Under the pieces are notes generated by a model, which was given only the letters and a program-made list of their open reading frames with translations, had not been told where the DNA came from and searched no databases. 64,000 nt of DNA from Phoronis australis (taxonomy: Eukaryota > Animalia > Phoronida), in contig NMRA01000111.1 in NCBI GenBank assembly GCA_002633005.1, forward strand, positions 738,656 to 802,655, written 5' to 3'. Position numbers and translations under genes: made by a program. Below are positions 52,062 through 64,000 of the stretch, piece by piece (position 1 is the stretch's first letter; the number at the start of each line of letters is the position of its first letter).

Positions 52062-55000
52062 TTTGAACTCCTCTCGTTTTCACGCTGAAGTGTAATAATC
52101 ATCTATTCTTTTTCACTATTAACGCATGTGAACTCTATCAACTGACGCCAGTTTCTTGTGTGCTTATGTGATTTGTGATGCACTACGCAGCTAATGTACG
52201 TATCCGGAAATCTGCTATCAAAATACAATCAAATAGCGTTACAACGGATACCTGATAATTAGCTTCCTTGCTTATAAGGTTCCATTCCGGAAGTCCCATT
52301 ATAATTTCGAATTTTACTCGAAATCTCGAGTTTTTCACTCCCGTTTGTACATTGAATCTATGGGTCATCAAAAACAAACTTAAACTAGAAACTCGTATGC
52401 GTATACCGTAATGTACTCGAGCACAGACTAATAGACATTTATTTTGAGTTTGTACGGAAATAAAAATAATGTCCAGTTTGATTTCCAATTCGGTCCCAAA
52501 TCAATTATCATTGATAACCACCATTGCTTGGACGTTACCACCCCTTGAATTTGTTCATAGTTAACGGATTTTTGTTTATTTGAACTCTTACAATGTAGTT
52601 CTATGTATAAATAGCCATTGTTGTGCTTTATTATCGTCGTATTGTAAGACAACGTGTATAGCTTACATTCAAGTGTAGGCCTATTGCGATCTTACGACTA
52701 TGCAAATTATTGTCTTCGTAGTTATTGGTCTTGCAAAGCAGTAACTTCTGTGCCCGGAGGATAGCGTTGTGGGCACCTATCATGCAGTTGCAAATGCGAA
52801 GAATTTGTGGTGGACACCAACGAAGTGAAGCGTGACAAGGTACTTTATTTTATAAACTGAAAGAATTTTTTACTGTAAAAACGCAAATAGATGAAGGGCT
52901 ATAATTTATCAAGTGCTTCTAATTTGACGATGTTTTACACCTGGTGAAAACAAAGCGAATGAAGCTAAAAGCTTAAGCAACTCTACAAGAGGCCTGAATA
53001 ATGTATAAAAACGGTCTACACAAGTACTACTACAACCGGAGTTGTTCGCGAGAAGGGAGTCCGCTAATATGCACTTTAAAAGGGAACCAGTTACATCTGG
53101 TATTGCATGTATAGTTTTGTTAAATTATTTAATCTTAGTGTCGGACTTTTTTGATCCTACGTCCGGATGCACGTTCCTTAAACAGACCACGGGACGGAAG
53201 AACACGGGAGAGCAAATTTAGTTTGGTCACGTGCGTTGCTTTTAAAGAGTGCTGGAAGGCGATAAACAGACCAAATTGCATCCAGAATTCCATCTGCTCA
53301 CCTGGTATTTTTTAGGATTTGTTCGTAAAGATTGTTAATTCCTGTTGATATCAAAGCATTTTCTTTTAGTTTCAAATTTATGATAAAAAACGACCTGTCA
53401 GCTGCTCGCCACTTCGACGATTTTTCTCCCACAAAGGGAAGCACGGACTCTCTTTATTTGGTATAGCGTGACTTAGATGTAATAAATTTCCCTTATTTGG
53501 AAAATGTGACCTTTGACCTCAGGTGACTTCAAGCAATGGGGCTATTCGGAAGATCTACAATAACTAGAGGGCGTGCGTGTACTAGTGGTGATAAATCAAC
53601 AGCCTCGATTTCGCGATCCCTTTAAATACATGGTGAAATGGCTTGCAGCCGTGCCAACTGAGTCTGAGATTGCGTAAAAAGGGTGCTTCTATGAGAGGAA
53701 GTAAGCACGACCTCATACAAAGGTAAGGTTTGTGATTATTTTAACGATTATTCCATGATTATTCTACCGATGACTGTTAACTGAGGCACTCGCCGATGTC
53801 GACTTCGCGGCAGTCAGTCACCAGCCAAAGTCTGCTTAATCTTTGTATGTTGTGATATGTGATACGATAGGCCTACTTGACGTAGCAATCGGGATCTTTT
53901 CGTACATCAAAACATTATTATTGTTTGGAATGATTTCTAAACGATTATCAGTGACAGTTACATCAATCAATGCTGAATGTTTATGCTGTCGACTCGATAC
54001 AGGTTAATGAGTTAAGATTACAATCCAATCCCAATGGCAAAGGGTACGTGAGTGATAAATATCCATTGCACTAGACTATTTGTTTACTCCCTATCATATG
54101 TCTTGTGGAAATCTATTACACGTTGAAATGGAAATCTATCACGTCAGTTTTCACGTAACCTTTGGTTTTTAGGTTTGAAGGCTTGTACCGTGCAGAGGAG
54201 ATGTGCATCGCTTCTGCACCGTCCCTGAATGGACAAAAATTGGTTTTTAGCATTTGACTGCAGCTAACCAACAAGATCTTCCCATCCAGTGCAGATCTGT
54301 TGTCAAAGCCTACTTTCAATATTGGAGACAACGAACAAAGCCTTTGAAAAGGAACAGCTATTTTTAAAGTCATTTTGTTAAATTACTTATTCAGGTCCCG
54401 AGGGGGGATTGGCATGGGGGGTTGTAATATTTGGTACAACTGAATGTGTGGAAATAACAGGTAATACATGTTTGGGGAAAAGAGCATGGTGAGGTAATTC
54501 TTAACCTTCACGAAGTCCCTTCAAGTTGATTTCATGAAACTGTTTTGCTACTTGTATCAATTGTAAAACCACGAAAATATATTACATTTTCCGAATTCAC
54601 AGTGACTGAATAGTCTTAACTCATGCCTTGAAATGTTGCAAGTCGTTATAAATTCAAATGACTGCCATTTTTGTGAAAATTGCATTTTTGATGGTGCCTT
54701 ACGATTTGTAATTACTCTTAAACAACAGAAAGATTATCCATCATTTTTAAATGACCCAAGTCTTCATATCTTCTATTAGAAGAAAAACGGTTCCCTCAAC
54801 CTTAGGCTAGAAGTATGCTTGACAGACCCATGAACCTGTAATCTGAGTTTAAAATTGCTGAAAGTATCAAAATTAAAAAGGCTTGAAAATGGGTAACAAA
54901 GGTTTGAAGTTGTCTCAAAAAACTTGTATATTTTACAGACAAGTGATGCGTTTAAAGAATTGTTATGGCTAGGGATAAAAAATAAAGACACAGTTTTATG

Positions 55001-58000
55001 CAATACTCATTATATACACCCTTGGTTTCTGAAAATAGTAATTATTTACTTTTATGTGAAACTGTAGACCAATCACCATATATTTTTGAAAAACAGGGAT
55101 AACATTTTTGATCCAATCTGGAGTACTTAATTATTCATATTTCAATATTTGTTCCAGGTTCAGTGACATTTTAAGGCCACTTCAAGCTGTATCATAGACA
55201 AGCTTTGTTACTCCGTTCTCTTCCCACAGCACTTCCACACACCAGCAGTGCTGCATGGCACAATGTGCAAGTCAGTGGCCCTGGAGAAATGTGAATCGCA
55301 GTACTAAGTTACCATAAGACAATGTGCCAGTGGACTGTCTGTGTATCCAGACGAACTATATCTGACTGCTACACAAATAAGCCTTGTTGGTGAGGATGCC
55401 CTTTCATAGGCAATGAGTCATGTGTGGACAATAGCTTATTTCCTTTCCTGGAAGAAACATGAGGGACTGAAGCTAAAGAAGACCTAGTCACACTCTGGTC
55501 TAGTTCAGAGTCTGATTTTGGGCTCAAAACGATTCAAGTGATATGCTGCTGTGTTTACCTTCAAGGGTCTAATTGTGGATGTTATTGAGGCTGAATGAGG
55601 TTACATGAAAGAAAGCCACGTGTTGAAACTGGACCTTTTTTACAAGCGCTTCTATAGGCCATTGAAACTAGAACCCAGTGAAATGAAAGCCAAAAGCTGA
55701 GTGACCTTAAATTTTCCTTTCAGAAGAAAAGCTTTATACTATTGGTAAAGATTGGTACAGATTAAGGGGAAGTGACATTCAGTGGCTGCATCGATTGTCT
55801 TATTGTATGTTTTCAATTGTAGCTAGCTGGATAAGAATCTGCTATGCACAAGATTCGAGAATAAACAATTATCAGTGTATTTAAAAACAAATGGCAAACT
55901 GAAAAAGCACAGAAAGAAACAACATTGCGAGGGAGTCCATAATCAGGCATATCAGGTGCTGAATTTCTGAATTACGTTCAATTCTCTCAGGTTATTGCTG
56001 AAGGATTGCTTTTCACTTTGTCCAACGGTGAAATAGATGGTCAGGCGGTTGGTTTCAGTTGTTTTTTCTTGCCTGTAACAGAATAGAAATATTAGCAAAT
56101 TGTAAAAGAAAAGACAAGACAAAACTACTTTTGTAAGGCAGAACATACTTGACATTTCATCTTCATGTTTATGTGTAGAAACTAATAACCTTTGTACCCA
56201 AGTCTTATTTAATATCTGAATTAAAATATGTGAAACAGGCTAAAAGTGATTTAACAATGTGTATTTTTCATGACACTTAAAATGTGCTTCTGATCTCAAC
56301 AAGTAAAATTCATTCTAGGTGTCAATTTTTTTCCAATGCAATGTTACGACATTTACTGAATTAAGGCTTATTCATGTTAATTCGATAACTGAGCTGGTGG
56401 TCCTGGGGGTGGGGTCCACGATAAAATAAGGAAACTCACTCATCTAGAGAATTTTATTGGAAACAGCATAGTTTTGAAGAGAAACTGCTGTGAAAAAGTC
56501 ACTCTTGACTTCTGTGCATCACGTACCATACACCTCTTATTTTGGGAGCACTGTCCCACCCAGGCCAATATGAATATGTGCTGCTAGCCTACCCGGCATC
56601 GGGTGAGTTTCCAAAAAGAAACACTTAGTTCCACTCAATAAAACTGTTATTCAGTGGGGTAACTGGTGGGGATAACATCACCGAACGATGTTGATAGAAA
56701 CTGATTGCTAAAAACTTACCAAGTAATGTTGTGTAGTCTCCGAATGGAACTGCATAGGCATAGACATAGAGCACACACGGGGCTTCAGCATCCACACACT
56801 TTTTGTCAGTTAGTTGACCCTGTTGACCGCAATTGTCCACGAATATAGTAACCTTAGGTCTTTTGGGAATTTGTGGCCACCTGTCGAAGACTTGCACCAG
56901 GGAAATTAGCAGTAATAAGGCTTAGCGCGACGACGTATTTTGATAAAAATTCCATCTTTTACCAGTTGTTTACATGCAGACAGCCACGCATGCGCAATTC
57001 AATCACCACTAGTACAGCAGCGACACCGCGAGGAGAATTCTCCGAATAGCCCCATTGACTGTGAGCACATGTGGGCACTTATCGTTGGTGGGAGTGAGAT
57101 TAGAAACTTCAGAAAGCTGTAGCTAAACTAGGACAACGCAGAAAAGACAATTCATTGGTCGAACGACGGGTCTTTGAAGATTTTGGAGAATAATATAGGC
57201 CTACTGGTATAGTTGTAGTTACATATTTTGATTCAAAAAGCTTCTCGATGCGAGAGCTCCATGTTCCCACTCTATGAACACGCACGCGCTGCGGTAAAAC
57301 AGAATATATTACAATTTCGGGTTTTTTTGAAAAAATTCTGGCACCTTTTCAAAGTTTTGTTATTGTACGTGTCGAATGCGATACAGCACTTAAGTTCTCA
57401 AATAACTTTAAAATGTATAAATCAATGAGACCAACCCTTTAAGCGCTTATTAAAGACAAGGAAGCTATATCAATATTTACCAGTATAATACTGGAACTGA
57501 TGCGGTGGTGGTTGACGCACATTACAATTCGCCATACATATCAAGTCTGCTTCTGAACTTAGAAACTGTCGCAACTTGGTACATCTGAGTTATGTGGTTA
57601 AAGTAACTAAAAAGCCCAACTGAGCTGGCTACTTTTCTTTCTTACGAATGTTATATCTATTACTGTTTGAAGTAATTGTACTTGTCACTATAATAAATAA
57701 GGACAATACAATGTAACATACCTCGCACAGTTTTAACTCCATACGAAAACAGTTTCCAGATCAGATAGCAGCCTAGTGAAGCGTTCTTGCTATCCTTTAC
57801 TAGTAGCGTTCGCAAGTCACCAATCAATTACCATGTTCCTTGGTCAACATAACAGAAACAATTAAATCGTTTTGGGCTACCATTTATCATATTTCTTGGA
57901 GAGACACACGATTCCAACTTAAGTTTTCGCTGGAAATACAATATCTAAAATTACAGATAAAAATTAACAGTTTTAGTACACGATAACTTTGTTTATTTCT

Positions 58001-61000
58001 GCCAGTATTTTATTGCCCTGAGGTCATCGCTAAAGCGTTGACTGCCCTGCTCCATAAAAAGGCAGCGTGACCAATGTTCCTGATATCGAAAGATTCTGTC
58101 TTATAACTGCAATCTGAGTACAAACCTATAAATGATGTTTCTAATTCAAAGGATAAGTTCGACGAGTGCGATTGCGCTTTCGACACAAGGTTTAGTTGGC
58201 AAACGCCTCACATCGTCATTTTTTAATATCCAATATCCTTTGTATTTTTGATTAGAAACAACCGTTACCCGACGTGAAATCGACCCAAGGTTTTCAGTTA
58301 TACCGAGACACAATCGAAAATAATCAGTGAGGTCTGCTGACGGAGTCAACTGCCGATCGGGAGATACTACGATCATGGCCAAAAGGGACCTGTAGTATTG
58401 TTCCGCTGAGGCAATGCAAACGTGGCCAAGCTGGGATTCCAGACCTGTGCATTTAGCACCAATAAGAACCAGCGGGCACCTTGACGACGCTGGCAGGAGG
58501 AACGGACTGCGGCTATTGAAGAGATCTGAAAAAGGTCCACTAATTCATTTGGAGCATGAAATTCAATTTATCACCTAACCATGTGTCGCACCATCAAGTT
58601 GCAAAAGATTAATAAGTGAAAATATCCACTAGGCGATTTTTTGAGGTGCCACCTCAACTGTAGTGAAGTCACCCACGAGCTTGTCAGCAGTGACGTGTAT
58701 TCGTTGACAAACGGAAACGTAGAGCTAAGTTCTACCAAATGCCCATGTCCGGACAAGATAGACAGCAATTATCGCTAATCGATATGTATTTCCCCTTTAG
58801 ATGAAAGAGTCAAGGCCATAGACCTAAACTTTGAGAGTTATTGTCAAACGTAGTGCGAATCGCTCAAGTTTCACCATATGACTTTTGAATTATTAATATA
58901 CGAAAGCACAAAAATACGTAATGCTCATAACAAATATTGATATTAATAAAATATCGAGTAGGCCTATCTGCACAAAGTCAGGTTACCGTTGTGTTTTGGT
59001 TTAAACAAGATAGCAGGCATTTTTACTCGCTACAACAGAAAAGAGTATCAAACACGCAATCCTTGTTCTTGACTGTCCAGGCCTTTCTATTATGGAGTAC
59101 GAAAATTCTCGATTGATATACCGGGCAAATCAAACCAATACAAAAAACATCGAGGCTGAAAAATGACGTGAAAATCAAATCACCGCCACATGACTTCGAG
59201 GGCTAATTTTGATATTTCAATGTATGGGTTCGGTTTCATACAATATCAATTCTACTTATGGGCTGTGTAGTAGGCCTATTAAGCGTTAAGGTGTGTTATG
59301 GGAAAGAAGCACAGGAACACAGTCAACCCTGGTCTTGTATTTTTGAGGACAAGTTGAATGTTAACTAACAACATTCTTGCGACAATAATTGACAAATACA
59401 AGAGGAAAAGGCACAAAATGTGTGCATAAAACGTCTCTACAAAGAGTTTAAACCTTTAATTTTTCAATACTTTGACCCAGCTGACACAATTTTTAGCCAT
59501 CTTTGAACTTTGATTTTCGCTAGATTTTACTAAAAGACATGGTCACGTGACCCAATCAGTGGCAGATTGGTAAAAAGTCCCTAAAAATCTACAGGTTTTC
59601 TTCTTTCAGAAATTATGTATTTTTGGAAAGTTAAAATTTATAATTTTGTACTTATAGTTGATATTTTTCAAATTACAGTCTTGTCAGAAAGGTTCTACAC
59701 AACCTTAAGGTTATCTCCAACCTTATTTAGTGGCCTCTATTCTAACTCGTATATCAAAAAACTAAGCTTTGTCAACTAGTAGAAGTATATATTTTCTGAA
59801 AGAAAAAAGATTAGGGAATATAAAAATACTCTTTGTACTAATGTACCATTATTATTTTAACGTTAAATCCTTTTTTAATTCAAAATTTTATTTTTAAGAA
59901 AGGTACGTAAGGCAAAATAATCCCTCGGTTGATTATAATGAAACATTTTTTAAATGAAAACTTCACCAGTTACATCAAAAACACTGTTAAGAATTTTCGA
60001 TTAGTCTTTTCGTTTGGTTTCTATGACAAATCAACTCGCAAAACATCAGGTATCTTTGTAAAAAACGTCGTATTCGTCCTTGTTATATTGCGCAAAAATA
60101 GACTTTTATATCGAAAATCCTAACGGCGTTTTTAAGACTGATGACTAAATATTAAATTTGGAAAGTTTCAGCGAAATCCACCGAGCCGTTTTCGAGAACT
60201 CGTGTTCCCTAAGTTCAAGTAAAGCCGGATTTGCCAAAGTCGAGAAAAAGCCGATTCAACTGGGACGAGTGAAAAAGTCTTCGTTTAATTATTCGGTGAA
60301 AACATGTTTTAGGTACAAATAACCTATACAAGCCTTAAATTTCAACATTCGCTCGCAGTGTCAACTGATTTTGCAGTGCGTAATTAACTTCATTAATTCC
60401 CAGCTAACTTTTACTGCTGTTTGCGACCTATTTGACCTACTTTTATATAAAAAGGTTAATTCATTGTTATAACCTGTACACCTCACGTGCTGGGAGTCTG
60501 ATACGAATCGGTGGTTAAAGCATGTCATTAGCATGAGATCGAAACATTGAAATGTCAATTTATTAATTGAATGAAGGAATTAGGGTGAGGATTTATCGCT
60601 TTTCACAATTTCCTGTGTTCTTGACCACAGAGGCCTGAGGCGCCCGTAGCATTCGTTCTCAACGATCGTATACATGTAGACGCATAACTCCCTTAGGATC
60701 AAAACCACGTTTTGTCTTGGTTTCCCCGCAACAATCTACCATAAGTACACCTCGTTTACTCAATGTTATGGTGATTTTGTGAATGAAAGGACTAGGGTAT
60801 ACGAAGCTGTTCTGTACCTGGTGGGAGATTCGAGTTGATTGAAAGCCTTTTAACCTTTCAGGACCTCGGATAAGTAGGAAACAGATATCCACGCGGTTGT
60901 GCGGTTCCAAGGTGGTTCTGTTAAATCTTTTTTTTCTCGCTACGCAGTATATATTTTCATTTGAAGTTCCCCGAGAATGAAGATAAGGTATTTTACTAGA

Positions 61001-61424
61001 CACATGTGAAATATTGTAAAAATGACCATTTTTGTGAATAAGGTTTGAGATATCCTTAAATGTGAATCCACGTCTGACAGCTTCTGCATGTTTTTAAAGG
61101 ATTTTTTTTTTGCAAATTTATGTCTATGTATGTGTTCTCGGGAAGTCAGTCGAATCCCTGTTTGGGCCCGTTTCATGCAATTTGGCAGTGGTATGATGAA
61201 ACATTGCTGCTAATGAGAATTTACGACAATGAGGGACTGGAACAGCTAGTGACTGTCTACCATATTCAGATCCAGGCAGTTTACCAGTTCACTAGTTGCC
61301 ACCATCAGTGACCGTCATCACTTGCTGCTTCCACAAGCCAGTCCAGACTAGTCCAGATATAGACTGGACGCCCCCGGCTCCTAGAGTTTTGCGCGGTGAA
61401 GTGGGTTGCCAGGAGCTGTTCTTG

Positions 61425-63575
61425 CTAAATAAGACAATAGACATGGCATTCGCGGATGCCGGCTCGCTTGGGCTCAAAGCCATCTACTAAGGCAGACAGA
61501 GTTTTCTTAAACAAGCCACTGAATTCACAGGTCAGTTGGCCATCTGATGATGTCACCAAGTTGAAACAGTTGCACTCTGTCGTCCGCATGCAGGCTGCAG
61601 AACACATTATCCTGGAAGCTGTGGTCTTTGTTTGGATAACATACTTCTTTGTAAGGCATTGATTCATGGGACTTGAGGTCTTGTGATAGATCGTTCTCAT
61701 TTTCTTATTATCTGAATAAGAAAGACAAAGGGCTAATTCACTGAACTCATGTTATTACGACCAGTCGTAGCTAAGGCACCTAATCAGCAAAGGCAACACG
61801 TCGTCTTTTGTTAATTAGAGCGACACATTGGTACTGATCGTAGCTGACATTAATGTTGAAATATCTCCATAACCCAAGTTCATGAATTATTTGTCAAAAT
61901 TGTGGATACGACTGTCTTATCTACGGCTGGACTCGCCACCGTAGTAGTGCCAAGTTTTCTCCTGGGACGAGTAACCCGAGTTTTTTCACTACGGTTGAAA
62001 ATGATCAACCTTGGCCGTCGCCAACACCTCCGATTTTGAGCCTGATCCCTCAGCGGGAGTCCGGCGGTGCCCACACGACTATTATTGTTATGACTGTCCA
62101 CTGTAAAGTTTTAAATTCGTGCTCACAGTTGTTTTTGCCTTCGTCTAATGGAAATATGTTTCAGCCACGTCGAATGAAAAAATTGTCCAATAATTATTAT
62201 GAGAGGAGTTACATTAACTTAAAGAGTGAAAGTCACGGTATAGGCACAATGAGCTCTGCTTGTAAACTGTTTTCTGTAGAAACTGAACACGCTGGTATAT
62301 TTACTATGTGTAATTGAATTAGGCACAACACCATGGTCCACACAGAAATTGCGTAACTCAAAGCAACTGTTTTGACCTCATGAGAAAATTTGGCTATACG
62401 ACGTCTGGTTATAAATAATGAAATCAGTCTCATTTCCAAGATCTATTCTAGCGGACATTAAATAGATAACGAAAAGCAAATGAAAGCGTAGTAGCTAGGC
62501 CTACCTGACAGGAGATTTGCCATTTGGTTTAGATTAAAGGGGGCGCTTCGTTTGTGCCTGATGAGGTGATAATAACGAGCATTATTTGAAGATAGATAAA
62601 TGCCTCTGATTTCCACCTGCGCGCCTAATTCGTTGTTTGACATGTCGATTTGTTAAAAATTCAAATACGTGTTGGTAAAATTCCCTCCTCTGGGGTCAGG
62701 GGCGAATCCACGATGTTGAGTTGGGGGGNNNNNNNNNNNNNNCCCCCCCCCCCCCCCCGAGCGCACACATGCTAGTCAGCAATTCGCACCCGAACTGCCA
62801 TATGGTATCTTGGACAATTTTAGGGGTGGCCATGGCCCCCTTGCCCCCCTCCCTAAATCCGCCACCGAGGGTAGCTTGCATTGTATAGTGAGCATGCCGG
62901 ATTGCGGAAAATATACAGCTGACGTGCTTATGCCGTGTTCGATTTTGCAGTCAACAATATCTGATTCAGTAAGAAATTAAAAGACATTTGATCACAAAGT
63001 AAACTTTTGTTAGACAAATGCAATCGTGAAAGTGTCGAATTGCGGCTATTTTTGTCTCTTGTGAATTAATAGACTGGTAAGGCACAATATCACGACTTCA
63101 ACGGAGTTGATAGTAACATCACTCAGCGGAACTCATTAAAGAAGGAATTGGAGCATTCTTCCTGCTAGGGATACTTTTACGATTCGTTCAACCACGTGGC
63201 GTGTGGACCAAAGTTAAAACTGTTTGCGGAATAACCAAAATATTCTGATTTGTTGCTGTCTTAAAGGCTTGTAAATTTAACTCAGGTTCTTTGATGGTTT
63301 ATTTTTTAATCTTGGCGAGAGCTTAGGGGCCTGTGCCGTGGACGAGTTCAATCGCATAAAACATAACAAAGTTAACAAACAACCATCACCATTGCAGCTG
63401 GACAGTTGTTTGTTCCAGCTTCCGTTTTCTTGGCAGACAATGGTGGAGCTGACCAATCCATCTGTAAACGAGTGTCCATCTGTGCACTTGAATGCAACAG
63501 AACTGCCGGGACTGACGGTAGCCGAGCTGGTGTCTTTGACCGAGTTCGCCACGGTCGGAGGTGTACATGTGATAG
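61425..63575 (-). CDS. Tandem paralog of the Sushi-PAN gene (last two exons; 5' part beyond the window)
   Basis: Exons 63575-63390 (CCP, 186 nt) and 61711-61425 (PAN-like, 287 nt). Exon lengths and phases are identical to 47443-47258 and 45812-45526, and both frames are open. Confidence 0.87.
62698..62868. mobile_element. hAT-type MITE (CAGGGGCGAAT...ATCCGCCACCG) containing an assembly gap
   Basis: Short imperfect TIRs. N-run at 62729-62742 lies between poly-G and poly-C. Confidence 0.5.
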
Positions 63576-64000
63576 CTGTGGATAAAATATTATAACATAA
63601 TTTTAGTATTTCGCGGGAAGCATGATAAGAGCTTTGATAGCTTGTGTTATCTTCGACTGTTGCCCCATATACCCAAAAAACTTCGGTTCCAGGGAGTTTC
63701 AACAATTGGTCAGAATTATGTCAGTGCTGAGTTGCAAGTCATATTTTATTAGATATTATGATGAATATATGTGAATTCGGTACTGTTTGCTTTAAAGAAA
63801 ACCCAAAGAGTATCAATTACGTTGCTCTCAAGATGTATATTTTTGGCGGGCGCTATTCAGTTTTTATTAACTTCACCAAAGATGTCCGGTCAAATCCAGC
63901 TAACGCAATGTGCAAGGTCTGGACCAAAAACCTAATTTGCCAATTCGGCCAGTTGTCTGTCAGTTCGACCTAGGGTAGTTTGTCTGTTTGTAGGTTTTAT

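Noticed and set aside
60139-60170. Hammerhead-like CTGATGA...GAAA
   Set aside because: Stem II does not close properly and no stems I/III are evident.

Overview
AT-rich, intron-rich metazoan (probably bilaterian invertebrate) genomic DNA. The ORF track is mostly noise, so genes were rebuilt by hand from splice sites and reading phase. Genes found: (1) a 6-exon, 388-aa glucosidase II beta/PRKCSH-like gene (+, 18689-25050) encoding a type II membrane protein with no HDEL; (2) a 14-coding-exon, 347-aa TMEM241/SLC35D4 nucleotide-sugar transporter (+, 32029-44134) with a GC-AG intron and two uORFs; (3) a 5-exon, 341-aa secreted WSC-Sushi-Sushi-PAN-like protein (-, 52061-45526); (4) the 3' part of a tandem paralog of gene 3 (-, 63575-61425); (5) candidate first coding exons of an unidentified gene leaving the window to the left. 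Repeats include two oppositely oriented copies of a Helentron-type non-autonomous element (6536-8530 and 20943-22421). Their ~150-bp monomers form ~451-bp higher-order units, and each monomer carries a CTCF-consensus-like motif. LINE 3' fragments, several MITEs and minisatellites are also present. Family assignments come from my recollection of family motifs, not from database searches.
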